64,000 bases of DNA from Octopus bimaculoides (GCF_001194135.2 NC_068995.1:44357311-44421310); one strand, 5' to 3'. Positions 11,271-23,745 are shown, counted from the stretch's first letter. Program-made: numbers and translations. The notes: generated by a model not told the origin, from the sequence alone.

Positions 11271-11454
11271 AACTCTTATTTTCCCAAAAAACAGTTATGA
11301 AATATAAAATTGAATGAAAAAAAATTAATGAGGCATGAAATAATTTATCAGAATTTTCAGTAAGAAAGTGGAAATAGTAATTTAATTGATTGATTTCACA
11401 AAGTATGAATAAAAATAATAAATAATTGATAACCATGCTACTCATCTCCCCCCA

Positions 11455-11487
<33 letters not shown>

Positions 11488-12339
11488 ACAATTCCTCCAT
11501 CACTCATTTTTGATATCTATCATTTTCTCTTTCCCATCATTCTCTCACTTCCAGTACTCCATCTTCTAAAATTCTGTCTCCCTCCTGTCACTCTCTCTTC
11601 CTACCTCACCCTCGTCATGCTGTTTCTATCCAACCTCCTAACCACTCACACACTCCTATGCTTCTGCTTGTATTTCATTATCTTCTCCTCTCTTACCCTT
11701 CCACTGATTTTTTTTTTCCTTCTCTCTTTCTCCTATCTACCAGGAGGGAAAATGCCCCTCTGGTACTGGTGAATGAACAAATGAAGACAATATCAGGTAA
11801 AGAGATATCTATAGTCTTGCTGAGGACATGACAACATCTCCAGTATTGGTGCCAATAATAACATGCATCCAGAATACTCAGTGAGGTGGTTGCTAATAGG
11901 AAGGGTATCCAGCCATAGAAAACATGCCAACAATGGAACATATGACTGAGATGTTATCTCCAATAAATCTACAAGGACAGTCATTCTGAATAAGGACTGA
12001 CTTAGTCTTTGAAGACCCATACAACCCATGCCAGCATAGGAAAGCAAAGCTAAAATAATTTGGGCTGTGGATAACATGAGAGATATCACATACATACACA
12101 TATAAAAGTTGTCTCACCCCCTCCCTCTCTCCTTCTATCAGACGCACTACAATGTAGCTACCCAACCTAGATCAATTTCTTAAACACACATATTCACAAC
12201 AGATATTTATAAAACAATATGTTCATATATCCAAAAATAATGTTTTCTTATACAGATATCACATTGGATGTTGTGATATTCATTCATTAAAGTGAAGTGG
12301 TTGAATTCATGACTCAGTGAGGTCACTGAATATTTATCT

Positions 12340-13300
12340 ACTGCCAGGCTATGGGAACTCTCACCTGGCTGATAATACTTCCGCAGATAACATACACAGA
12401 TCTCACAAGCAATTCATTTCTCCCTCTTTTTCTTATTGATCACCAGACTACAAGCATGGATCTCTCAGTAACACCTTCTCAGGGCATTGATGGTCTCCTT
12501 TCTTGGCACAAACCCAAACTGCGCATCATCTTAGCTAATAATTATTTTCTCAAATAGTTGTGCCAGAACATTTTCAGCACCTTTCACAACCACCTCCATC
12601 AATATGATGCCTTTGTAGTAGCCTCTCTCTGGAGCATCTCCTTTACCCTTGCAGTAGTTAACAATGATACTGCTATGTCAGTTTAGGTATCACCCTATAC
12701 TAATTACCAATGAGTGACATATTTCAGCTGATGTTTTAAGCATCTCAGCAATTATCCCCTGATGGTCCCACTGCTTTCTCTGCCTTCAGATCCTTAATCA
12801 TGCTTTCAACATATGACAGTCAGCTTCATTGGCTGGTTCTTTTATTGAGTTTACTTGGAGTAAGCCCCTGCCACCACCATCACCTCTGTCCTTCATGCTT
12901 TCTACTAATTCAACAATCTCGCATAATAGTATTTCCATGCCTATTTCTTTTCAGTGTCAGTAAGGGCAAGTGCACTGCTATCATTCTGCAAACATTTCTC
13001 CCCAACGATGTTTTGATTGCGTCTAGCACATAGTTTGCAATCCAAAGTACCTCATACCTCTGATCCTACTGTCCCAGAACATGTTCGAAAGTTTTACCTT
13101 TGGCTCCTCCACTTGCTAAATGCATCCGACATTGAGTTTCTCTTCCAGCCCTTTAATAATGTCCTTTATAGTTTCCTCTTTTCTTGCAGTCTTTTTTTGA
13201 CCTGTATTTTAGCTTTTATATCTTTATAGTAATATTCCACCAACATGTTAGCTTTCACCTGGCTGGAATCTTGCATTAGCCACAGATCAGGTCTTAAGCC
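12340..13300 (-). mobile_element. RTE-clade LINE fragment (RT N-terminal region)
   Basis: Disrupted frames give GIIAEMLKTSA, SSIIVNYCKGKGDAPERGYYKGI and DAQFGFVPRKETINA. Confidence 0.8.
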
Positions 13301-14349
13301 CTGAGTAGAAGGCAGATCCATGAATAACATTACCAAAAGTAAATAGTGGCTGATGGGAAATGCTGAAATGATTTGTCCAACCCATGCCAGCATGGAAGGC
13401 AGATGTTAAACGATGATGATAATGATGATGATTTCATTAACTGGTTTACATCACACCAGGAATGTTCTACTTGTATGATTCAGGTTTAATTTCTTTTGAA
13501 AGGTATAAATAGACCAAGCCTTAATTTATATGAATGTCTATTGATTGAGGTGTATATAACAATTTAGAACATTCTAACAATTGAGAGAGAGGTGAGTGTT
13601 AAAAATTTAGATTTTGTTATGTAAATCTAAGTTTGTAAGGAAACGTAAAATATTAAATAATGATCTCAGACAAGATGTACAATATAAATACTTTCCACCC
13701 TGCTACATAAATGCTTTCAATGTGTGTGCAAAATATCAAAGTTTACACAAAATCTTGATTACTTTATTACTAAAATTCTGAAAATGGTTTTTCTTGGAAA
13801 CATAATACAAGAGAAAAATATTGAAGTATGAGCCTTAGCTTTCTTAATCTTTAAGTGTCTGCAGTTCTACTGGATTATCTTATGTCTTTATGATACGGTA
13901 TTAATGAGAAAGAGAATTTGTCCGCCTCTACAAAGCAAAGGTTCACTTTTCTTGCAGTTACACAAAATATACATATTAGAGGGTGTATAGAGTTAAGTAA
14001 TAATTTTTTAGGGCAGTTTTGTTTTTGATTTTTAGTTGGTGTATTTTTTATTTTAACTTGAACTGGTAATTGTCCTGTGGAGTATCCTTATGAAATAATT
14101 GGTCGAATTTTTAGGGTTATATATTTTGTTTAATGGAATCTAACCTGCTTTCATACAAACAAGTGTCTTTGTTTTGTTTCGTTTTTGTTGGGTTTTTTTT
14201 TTTCATGCTTCCAACAGTGATTTAGGACAAGTCAGTATTGCTTAATCTGTTTTGTCTTGTCTTTTTTTCCGTTTTTGCTTTCCATACTGGATTAGTATTT
14301 CAGTAGAGCATATAATAATGAGAGTCAGTGTTGTTAATTAGTCTTTACT

Positions 14350-14800
14350 CTGAGAATTATTTACAGTTGCTTCTTTGCCCTAATGGCCCTGTCTACAGTA
14401 TTGTTCCACCCCAACGTTACCCTAGGTCTGGAAGAGACTTTGCACCAGTCACAGACTTGGTCTGTGGCACTCAGCAAGCTGTCTTGCAAGAATTCCCAGT
14501 TGCCCTCTATGTCACAAGTTTGTAGCTCCTCCTCTCTCTCATCAAATTTCTCAATTAGGATGTCCCTAAATCTCTAACCATACAAAGGGTCCTTAAGCTT
14601 CCAAATCTTTCTTTTCAAGATTGGTCTGCTTCTTGGCATTCTTCTGGCCTTGAGTCTAAAGTCGCTAATGACTAGTCTATGCTGGGGGGGGGTACATTCT
14701 TCACCAAGAGGAGGTAATAGTTCTGGGAAAGACTGATCTGACAAAGAAATTAATGAGAAGTCTGATACATGTGCTAGTAAGGGTGATGGAAGGAAGAAAG
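14350..14800 (-). mobile_element. RTE-clade LINE fragment (endonuclease end / linker)
   Basis: GEECTPPQHRLVISDFRLK...RKIWKLKDP, then WEFLQDSLLSATDQVC and NNTVDRAIRAKKQ. Probably the same copy as 12340-13300. Confidence 0.8.
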
Positions 14801-15254
14801 ACAAATATTCTTAAGAAGTGTGCAGTTTGTTATTTCAGAAGGCCATAGTGGTAGTGCTGGAATTCTTTCATTACCATATTTCTGTTGAAAGACACTACCT
14901 TTGTTTCAAGTTATTAGGAAAATAATAAAGAATTGAATAAAATAATTTTGTCATTATTAATCTGATGTTTGAACCATGAATTAACATGAAATTTCAAGGG
15001 GCAGTTTTAATGTATCAGGAAGTTTGTATTATAGAACCAAGAGTAATCTTAGGCAAAGTAGTATCAAAATGGCCAAGAGTCAGAAACAAGAAACAGAGAT
15101 TCTCTGCATCAGTGATTGTAATCTGTTGGTAAAGGAATCTTTCCAATCAACCAAATGGCCATTTTGCTTTTTTATGCAATTCAGGATGTTTGTGTACAAA
15201 GCAATGGCACCATCCAAGATAAAACACAACCAAAAATACAGATATATATTGCAC

Positions 15255-15664
15255 ATGGCTGTAGGCACATGCATTGCTGTGTGGCTAAAAAGTTTGTTTC
15301 CCAACCTCATGATTTGGGTTCAATCCCACAGTATGTTATTTCAGGCATGTGTTTCCTACTGTAGTCCCAGGCCAACCTAAGTCTTGAGAGTGGATTCGGT
15401 ATATGGAAACTGAAAGAAGTCCATTGTACATGAGTATGAATGTGCATGTGTTAATGATTCCTTGTTTTGGCACGGTGTGATAGTTGTAAATGGGTGTCAC
15501 TGTTATACAAGCAGTGTTATTCATTTCCAATATCTAGTCATGGGAAAATATTACCTTGTCAGGACACAGGTGAGGGTTAGCAACAGGAAGGACATTTGGC
15601 CAGAGAAAATCTACTTCAATAAACTCCATCCGACCCATTAAAGAATGGAAAAGTTGACATTAAA

Positions 15665-15696
<32 letters not shown>

Positions 15697-15710
15697 AATA
15701 ATGATGACAT
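15255..15710 (+). mobile_element. SINE (ctgtgtgg...ccacatggttcc family) ending in a (GAT)n tail
   Basis: Similar to 21878-22272 and 48915-49310 (opposite orientation) and to copies at ~30020 and ~33270. Confidence 0.75.
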
Positions 15711-16502
15711 ATATGTAATAAATAGCCATCTTGTCAAACTCCTTTATATGTTTTGCAACACCAAAATCAATAAAGGCACAAGTTCAATGAAGAAATCACT
15801 GCAATATTCTTCACATTATTTCAAAATAATATTTATTTTCAGTGGCTGTACACACATAGTGAACAAAAATGTCCTGTAACAAACATCCCATAAATGTGGG
15901 GTCCTAACACAATATAAGCCAGCTTTATAGAATCCTAATGCTAATGTAGTTCCAGTCTACTCGTCTCTTATTAACATAACTCGCATAGTTGGTTTAAATA
16001 TCACCTTTCAATGATATTGATCTTTGGAAGTAGTGTACCCTATGCCACTACCTGCTTGTCTGTTGATTTTCAAGTAATTTCAATGATTGTTGGTAGTTTC
16101 ACCTGAAATACTTATTTGCTATATCCATAGCCACCAAATTGTGAGTGACTTAGTAGCACATACCATGTTTTAGGCATCTCTGGAGTCACAAGTAGTCACA
16201 GGCCCCACCCCTCTCACTCCCTCCCCACTTGAGCCAGAGGAACATTCCGGATTTAACAGCTGCAAGGGAGAGACAGACAGAAGGCTGCATCAGTACTCAC
16301 TTGGTACTCATTTGCAGTTGAGTAGACTGGAGTAATGTGAAATGAAATCCATTACTCAAAGACATGATGCAGCACCTGGCCTAGAAACTGAACCCATGAC
16401 TTTACGATCACAAGTTTAACATCTTAACTACAAGGCTACACTATGCTGTACATAGCCAGGAAAATCTTAAACCATCAGGAGTAACAAATTGTGTAGCAAT
16501 AT

Positions 16503-16705
16503 TTAACCCCTTAGCATTTAAACCAGCCATATCCAGCCCAAATATTCTACCATTTTTATACTCAAACTGACCAGATATGACCCCTTATATCTACCCTACA
16601 ATGTCATTCTAAAAATATACTCTCACATCATCAAAATTTTGAAGCTATCAGATAATGAATGATTGACTAAAAACAATGTGAATAAAAAAGCAGCTAAAGG
16701 CTTAA
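16503..16705. mobile_element. TTAA-flanked (piggyBac-type) MITE
   Basis: Termini ttaaccccttagc ... gctaaaggcttaa form an inverted repeat with TTAA ends. Confidence 0.65.
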
Positions 16706-17159
16706 CTAACCGGAACTAGGAACCTAAATACCAACCAGTGCAGTATACTTAACTCGCTTGTCCATTCAATCAACCTAAAATATACTTAGCCACTTCTCTA
16801 TCTCTCTATCACTACTATAATACCCTCTGCTATTCTGAACTACCACACTGCACACCTCACCCCAAGCTTCCTTTATCTCTTTCATCTCCTCCATGCCTCA
16901 CACACCAAACCCTACACTAAACAAGTTGCCTAATAATTTTATCCCAAAAGCTGCAACCATCAGAAACACTCTCTTTGAACATCACATACATCAACCCCAG
17001 TAGCAACCGGCTCTGCAGGAATTCTTCCAACAAACCAGAAGTGAGTGAGAACAAACAACAGTTTACACAATAGACTTGCTACTGTCTGTCTAAAGCTGAC
17101 ATGAAAAACACTTGATCTTCATTTAATCTATTCCTAGCCTGAGGGTCCCTGTCAACAGA

Positions 17160-17390
17160 TTAACCCCTTTGTTACCATATTTCTGTTGAAGCACACTGCC
17201 TTTGTTTCAAATAATTTTTTTTACAGTAATAAAGAATTTAGTAAAATAACTTAGCCATTATTAAGCTGATGTTTGGAACATAAATTTAACATGAAATTTT
17301 GAGCAAAGTTTTCATTTAGATCACTTTAAAACAAAGTTTGTATCATAGAACCATGAATGGTCTCCGATACGTTGGTATCAAAAAGATTAA
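17160..17390 (+). mobile_element. TTAA-flanked (piggyBac-type) MITE
   Basis: Termini ttaacccctttgttacca ... tggtatcaaaaagattaa. Related copies at ~14865-15075, 1921-2275 and 21270-22796. Confidence 0.75.
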
Positions 17391-17501
17391 TGGATAAAGA
17401 TTGCAATGAAATAAACTGAATGTTCTTTGTGCCTTAAGAGCCCTATTTTGCTTCATCACCATCATCATTATCACCACCACAACCCCCATCATTATCACCA
17501 C

Positions 17502-17555
<54 letters not shown>

Positions 17556-18114
17556 TATTATGTAGCTTCCACATAATGACTGGACTTGTTCAATGGAGTT
17601 TACATATTTCCTTCTTTAAAACTCCTCTTTTTGCCATAAATCATTCACCTATGAGGTAAAAGTGCCAGTTAGTCAACCTACCTGACAACAGGTAGACAGA
17701 CTGCAGTGAGCAGAATAAAGTGCTTTGCCAAGGTGTGCAACAATACACGAATTAATACAGAGATTAATGAGCTGACAAACCTCATAGTCACAATGCCTCA
17801 CTGTATATAATCTATTATCTATTTAAACTTTCGACATAACTAAGAGACAATGAGGGAGATTCTATGTGGTTGCTCTATTTACTAGAAATAGCAACCAAAT
17901 CTCTAATTACATCCTGCAATTTAAAAAAAATGGAAAAGCACACTAAACAGAGTAGTCATGGGATACACAAAGCCTAAGAGAGAGACAGAGTAGCTATGGC
18001 TTTTAATCATGTTAGCTCAGTCAAGACCTAGGGCTAAGACAATGATATCTAGAAAATGACACTTAGAACAAAATATTTGAAAACATTTAGGGGAAAAATA
18101 AAAAAACAATCTAC

Positions 18115-18221
18115 CTCAGCAATTTTAATAAATCTTCCTCTTCTGTTTTGTTTAACATCCAGGTAGAACCTTTTTGATTGTATCATCAAAGTCTTGGTAG
18201 CAAGTTCCCGTTCATAAGAAC
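18115..18221 (-). CDS. PURA: Pur-alpha/beta family protein, coding exon (PUR repeat I, N-terminal half)
   Basis: Translates (G)[35 protein letters not shown], the Pur-family [25 protein letters not shown] motif. Acceptor ttttgtgtttattttccag, donor GAG|gtagat, phase 1 to 0, 107 nt. Confidence 0.96.
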
Positions 18222-18370
18222 CTGGAAAATAAACACAAAATTCAAATTTAAAAGAAAATACATAGGAACAAACATTCAGATAAAATCTGAAAGAATCTAA
18301 AAAGAATTTAAATCAGGTTTCTTTTTTCTTTTCCTCCATATTTTCAGTTTATTTTTTTTTTACAGACTAC

Positions 18371-18385
18371 CCGCTATCCCTCCAG
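18371..18385 (-). CDS. Candidate 15-nt frame-preserving microexon of the Pur gene
   Basis: ctgattacag|CTGGAGGGATAGCGG|gtagtc. Phase 1 to 1, reads xGGIA(G), a GC-rich patch in AT-rich intron 150 nt upstream of the 18221 acceptor. The donor is weak. Confidence 0.4.
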
Positions 18386-18791
18386 CTGTAATCAGATATA
18401 TAATTTATTATATTTCATAAGAAATGAATATATCTCTCTGAAACTTCATCTCCCTAATTAACCCCACAAAGTCTATAGATCCAGACTTTCACTTCATCAG
18501 TAGAGATATCAAGTTTATTCTTACTACCGACATAAACCAACTCCGCAACATTTCAGCAAAACCACATCAGTAGCAGCTGACATAAACACACTTGTTTATT
18601 GGTCATTTTGAACACAGCTCTGGAGACTTTCAGATTAATTTAACATCAGTTCTCCAGTCATTAGAGTAATTTGACCTTATGCACATGAACCAACAGACAT
18701 TTCAGAAACTGTTATTTTAGTTTCAGCTTCACATGAAACTGGAGTCAGCAATGATTAAGATACACAAACACATATAAGTACACAGGTATAT

Positions 18792-18821
<30 letters not shown>

Positions 18822-18825
<4 letters not shown>

Positions 18826-19030
18826 AAATAGTAAATGAGTATATGCATATATACGTACAGGTATGTGCATACCGACATCCACCTGTATGTATAGGTGCAG
18901 ATCTGGGTACAGGACATTGCAAACAAAACAGAGACGAGAAAACACACAAGCCACATAGAGAACATTCTACTTCATCAGCTACCTCCGTTTTAACACCGGC
19001 GTTTCAAAGAGCTAGGCAGGACGCATCGTT
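18822..19030. mobile_element. (TA)n-embedded dispersed repeat (gggtacaggac family)
   Basis: Co-linear with 57601-57833, with the same ends; both are flanked on both sides by (TA)n. Confidence 0.75.
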
Positions 19031-19074
19031 CTTATATATATATATATTATAATAATAATAATAATAATTTTTTT

Positions 19075-19276
19075 TATAAGCTTAAAGTTTATAAGCAATC
19101 ACTCTGTATTGACTAAAGAAAATAGTCTAATATTTCTAATATTGGGGCATATAAGCTCTTGACAGAAAAAAGTGGGTTTTCCATATCTTTTTCCCATTGA
19201 GGGCTTATATGCCCCAGTATATGACAATCTTCTTCAGTCAATACACAGTGATTGCTTATTAGCTTTAAGCTTGTAT
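19075..19276. repeat. ~200-bp imperfect inverted repeat (MITE-like)
   Basis: Left arm taagcttaaag...aagcaatcact.tgtattgact...ggggcatataagc (19075-19158) is the reverse complement of the right arm (19200-19276). Confidence 0.8.
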
Positions 19277-19638
19277 AATATTATCATTATTTACAAAGTT
19301 GTCACTCATCACCACTTCTCAAATCATCACATATATATATATATATATATCATGTGATTGACCATACTATCAAATATTGTTATACATCACTGGTGACAAT
19401 GTACTTTGCATTGTTGTAGCTTTTGAATGATGCCACCCACTGGCTGGGTGAGCAGGTCAACATTTGCCCTAAACAGAAATCTAGTCTGCTGCAGGGTTAC
19501 CCATTTACAGCTGAGAGAACTGGAGCAACATGAAATGAAGTGTTTTGCTCAAAAACATAATGCACGGCCAGTCAGGGAATCGAAACCACAATCTCGTGAT
19601 TGTGAGTGCAACATGCCTAACCACTATGCCATGCGCCT

Positions 19639-19676
<38 letters not shown>

Positions 19677-20061
19677 GTGCACACTCACAGATATACATCC
19701 ACATGCATACATATCACTATCATTGTTGTCATCATCATTTTAACATCTACTTTCCTATGCTTGCATGAATTAGACAAAACTGGTTGAAGCAGACTTTCAA
19801 AGGCCAGATGCTTTTCCTATCACCAACCCTAACCTGTTTCCAAACAAGGAAATATTTCCCCCAGTCCTTTGAATGTGAAGAGTGCAATGGTCAAGCTTGT
19901 TTGTATAAAAGATTGCAAAAAATGACACCTCTTGTATAACAATGACATTTGTTTACAATAAGGGAGTGATGTCAAGACAAGAAGATGTGAACACACACTC
20001 AAACACATGTGGGCATGCATACACACATACATTTTTGTTAATTTTTCTACATCTGTTTATT

Positions 20062-20104
<43 letters not shown>

Positions 20105-20857
20105 GCACATACATGATGGACTTCTTCCAGTTTCTGTCTCCCAAATCTACTCATCAGATGTTTTGATTGGCCTAGTGTTATATAGTAGAGGACACCTGCC
20201 CAAGGTGTCGTGTAGTGATACTGAACCCATAACCATGTGGTTACCAAGCCAACTGTTTAACCTCACAGCGATGCTTGCACTTATTGCTGATGATTGTATA
20301 CTCATAACTATCATAATCATCATTATGTGTAGCACTTTTTCCTGTTTTTCTTTTTTTATCAGAGGACATATTGGGTATTCTCCTGCCAATTTTTCTGATT
20401 AGATTCTTTACCTTTATATCATATTATTAGAATTCTGTTAATATATTAATAGAACTTCCCTTGTCTATTATCTGTAATTAGGTCAAACAGTAATGTCGCT
20501 GAATGGTGATTTTTTTAGCGAAATTCCTCAAATGTTTCTATTAAGTTCTTTTTAAATTCATCTAGTAGTAATAGTAAGCAGCTGTCAATGTGACAGGAGA
20601 TTCCAGTCTTACATCTGGAGAGCTGAATTTATCAAGAACACACACACACACACATCACACATTCTTTATCTTTAATTTCCCAATAAAGATCATGAAAAGT
20701 GAAATCTTATGACACAATGAAATATGTGACAGGACTTTTCAGATGCCATGAGAATTATTTCTAAACAAACATTTGTTGTAAACAATACCAATATGTGCTA
20801 ATAAAGTATTGGATTACTTCCAATTGACAGCAGGCCAGCTTCTGCTATTGTACTTAC

Positions 20858-20910
20858 CAACTGAGTCAGTATTAATATGACAACCCATGTGAAGAAGGTC
20901 ATATCTTACA
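20858..20910 (-). CDS. Candidate upstream/alternative Pur exon (53 nt)
   Basis: Strong acceptor gttttatttttactttgcag and consensus donor TTG|gtaagt. Open frame VRYDLLHMGCHINTDSV ends in phase 1, compatible with the 18221 exon, and contains an in-frame ATG. Confidence 0.45.
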
Positions 20911-21466
20911 CTGCAAAGTAAAAATAAAACACAACCGACTTTCTAAGTACTAACCTAAATAAGAGACTAATGTCATTCAACAACACCAGAGATATTACCA
21001 GGTCAATGTAGCTGGCAGGATTAAAGTTGACTACCTACACCTGATAAATTAAACTGCTGAAACAACTCATGTTATTTAGCAATTAGGAAGTAACATGTAT
21101 TAAACAATTAGGAAATTAACAAAATATTCAGCAGTGACATTTATTGCTATAACACAATGCTTCATAGACAACCACTGCATTGGAAAATGTGCTCATTGTT
21201 TTTAAATGATAAACTGGAATACAAAATGTTCAAGATAAAACGTAAATTGTTCCTAAACACTGGCTGCTTTTAACCCTTTGATGCCAACCCACCTAAAACT
21301 GTTCCTGATTCTATGGTATAAATTCCCTGTTTTATAGTGATCTAAATTAAGGCCTTCTATCAAAATTTCAAGTTAGTTTATATTTTAAAGACCAGTTTAA
21401 TAACGACAGTTATTTTAATAAATTCCTCATTATTTTCAAAATTAACTGAATCAAGGTCAGTGTCCA

Positions 21467-22764
21467 AGGCAGTGAGATCAAACAGATCCCAGACTAGTTA
21501 TATTTAATGAAAAATAACTTATTTACCTAAGTTTTAACATCATCTCTTTCGAAATAGTCACCTTGCACAGCAATACACCGGTCCCTGCCATTTTTTGGAA
21601 TCTGGCCTGGAAGTTGTTTTCCATAAGCAAGTCAAGAACCTTCTGCAATTCACTCTTGATCTCAACAACGGTGTTAAAATGGTGACCTTTGAGCTGCATT
21701 TTCATCTTGGGGGAAGAGATGGACATCCACAGGTACTAAATCTGGTGAATAGGGTAGGTGCAGAAGTGATACCATATTGTTTTTGGCAAGAAACTCATAA
21801 GTGAGGAAAGCTTGGTGACAGGGTGCATTGTTGTCCTGAAGAATCCAATTCATCATGCTCCACATGTCTCTCTCTTTTACTCTTTTACTTGTTTCAGTCA
21901 TTTGACTGTGGCCATGCTGGAGTACCGCCTTTAGTCGAGCAAATTGACCCCAGGACTTATTCTTTGTAAGCCTAGTACTTATTCTATCGGTCACTTTTTG
22001 CCGAACCACTAAGTTACGGGGACGTAAACACACCAGCATCAGTTGTCAAGCGATTGTGGGGGGACAAACACAGACACACAAACACACATACATATATATA
22101 TATACATATATACGACGGGCTTCTTTCAGTTTCCGTCTACCAAATCCACTCACAAGGCTTTGGTCAGCCCGAGGCTATAGTAGAAAGACACTTGCCCAAG
22201 GTGCCACGCAGTGGGACTGAACCCGGAACCATGTGGTTGGTAAGCAAGCCACTTACCACACAGCCACTCCTGCACTTTCACTGAATATTCTCCCTCAAAC
22301 ACTTCAAAACATCCCAGTAGAACTATCAAGTGATGGTCTGGCCCTGGGGGACGAATTCTTGGTACACAACATCATGGATGTTGAAAGGAATGATGAGCAT
22401 GCCCTTGATTAAGCTACGGTTCCGTTGTGCACCCTGTGCCACTCAACACATTGTGTACAACCCATTGCCTCATTGCCATAAGCTTGCCAAAGCATGCTCA
22501 ATGTCTCCGGAGCAGACTTCCCAAGTTTAACGCAAAAAATCACGCTTTCTTCCAATTTCTTGCCCATGACAAAAATCGCAGACTACAGCATACACATGAT
22601 CACAAAAACACAAATTTCACAACTTGCTAAGTAAACACAGAAATGTCACTTAGCACACTGCCTCATGAACATCACTGCTACCTCTCACTGCACACACAAC
22701 CACGTGCTATCATTTGTTGGCGCACTACAGAACTAGTCCAAGAACTTTTTGATACCACCTCATA
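21467..22764 (-). mobile_element. Mariner DNA transposon, internally deleted and frameshifted
   Basis: WILQDNNAPCH...HLPYSPDLVPVDVHLFP..KMQLKGHHF (mariner HDNAP / YSPDLAP motifs). Degenerate TIRs (aactagtc...tttgat..cac); TA at the right junction. Confidence 0.85.
21878..22272 (-). mobile_element. Near full-length SINE inserted in the mariner
   Basis: Head gcaggagtggctgtgtggtaagtggcttgc...ggttccgggttcagtccc, internal (TA/CA) tract, tail ...aaacaagtaaaagag. CpG-rich. Confidence 0.85.
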
Positions 22765-23429
22765 TTTCAACATAAATACGGTAACAATAGAGTTAAATAA
22801 AGTTTGTTTTGGTAAACTTCAGGATTACTCCAGTAACAACAATATTTCCAATTCCTGTACTAATGGATTAACACAATATTATCACCAATACTTTGAATTC
22901 ATGTATTTCCATCTATCTGCTGCCACTATCTTTGCAACAGTCAGCATTGACTACCATATATAATGCTATATCTATCCACAACTAACTGATTGTTCTGCTA
23001 CCTTCACCAATAGTTCATTACTCTAAACAATCTACACAAAAACCAAGAGGGGAAACTGAAGCACAAACAGTTCAGTTGGTAAAATCAACAAAAACAACTG
23101 CCAACATGTTACGCCAATCAATAACACAGTTTACATGATATAATTAACATTTGATGGTTTGGGATTTCTGGTGAGTCAAGTCTAAAATGGTCAACTAATG
23201 GGAACCTTTTCTTTTTTGTTTTTTACTTTCCATTGTTTTTTGTTTTTTTGTACCATTCATAACTTTGTATTAGTCATGACACTCAGACTGACAAGACTAA
23301 TGTGAGTGATGTTTAACTTGAGCAACTGTTGTGTTTCACACAGATGATGTTCTGAGAAGAAAAGATGGAAGAGAGAGAGAGAGATACAAGAGAAGGAGTG
23401 AATATGCAGTTTGTTAGTTTAGAGTAGTT

Positions 23430-23745
23430 GTTTTCATCCAGGGGTCCATATGACTCTTAGAGATCCATATAACATTTTTGGGGATCCTACAGCAGCATTT
23501 TAGGGATCCATGAAAAAATTTTGCTTTAGCTGTATTTAACATGTTTCCAGCCATTGAAACATGTTCTTTCAAAGAGTGCTACTTCAAACCTACACAAGTG
23601 AATGGGTGAAAAATAAAATAGGGATTTTGAAAGAAGTACCAATAAACTAGTTTTTAAAGATGGAATAGCTTTGGGGGTCCACCAGAATAAAAAAAAGTGA
23701 TCAAAGAGGCCTGTAAGTAAAAAAAATTGTTGAGAACCATTTGGT
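23430..23745. mobile_element. Probable non-autonomous hAT-type MITE remnant
   Basis: Repeated ggggtcca/gggatcc motifs and an end aaaattgttgagaacca resembling hAT MITE termini. Confidence 0.35.

Larger units (their letters stand above)
21270..22796 (-). mobile_element. TTAA-type MITE split by a mariner insertion
   Basis: 21270-21466 is the reverse complement of the 17160-17390 family and resumes at 22765 (ttcaacataaatacggtaacaatagagttaa). Confidence 0.75.

Noticed and set aside
18465-18505. Minus-strand CTGATGA-agt-GAAA with a 5-bp stem III near the microexon
   Set aside because: There is no stem II (only 3 nt) and stem I has only ~2 bp, so it is most likely chance.
22913-22957. Short minus-strand ORF MVVNADCCKDSGSR resembling the vertebrate Pur start MADRDSGS
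   Set aside because: It terminates at TAG with no donor site, and the similarity is only four residues.
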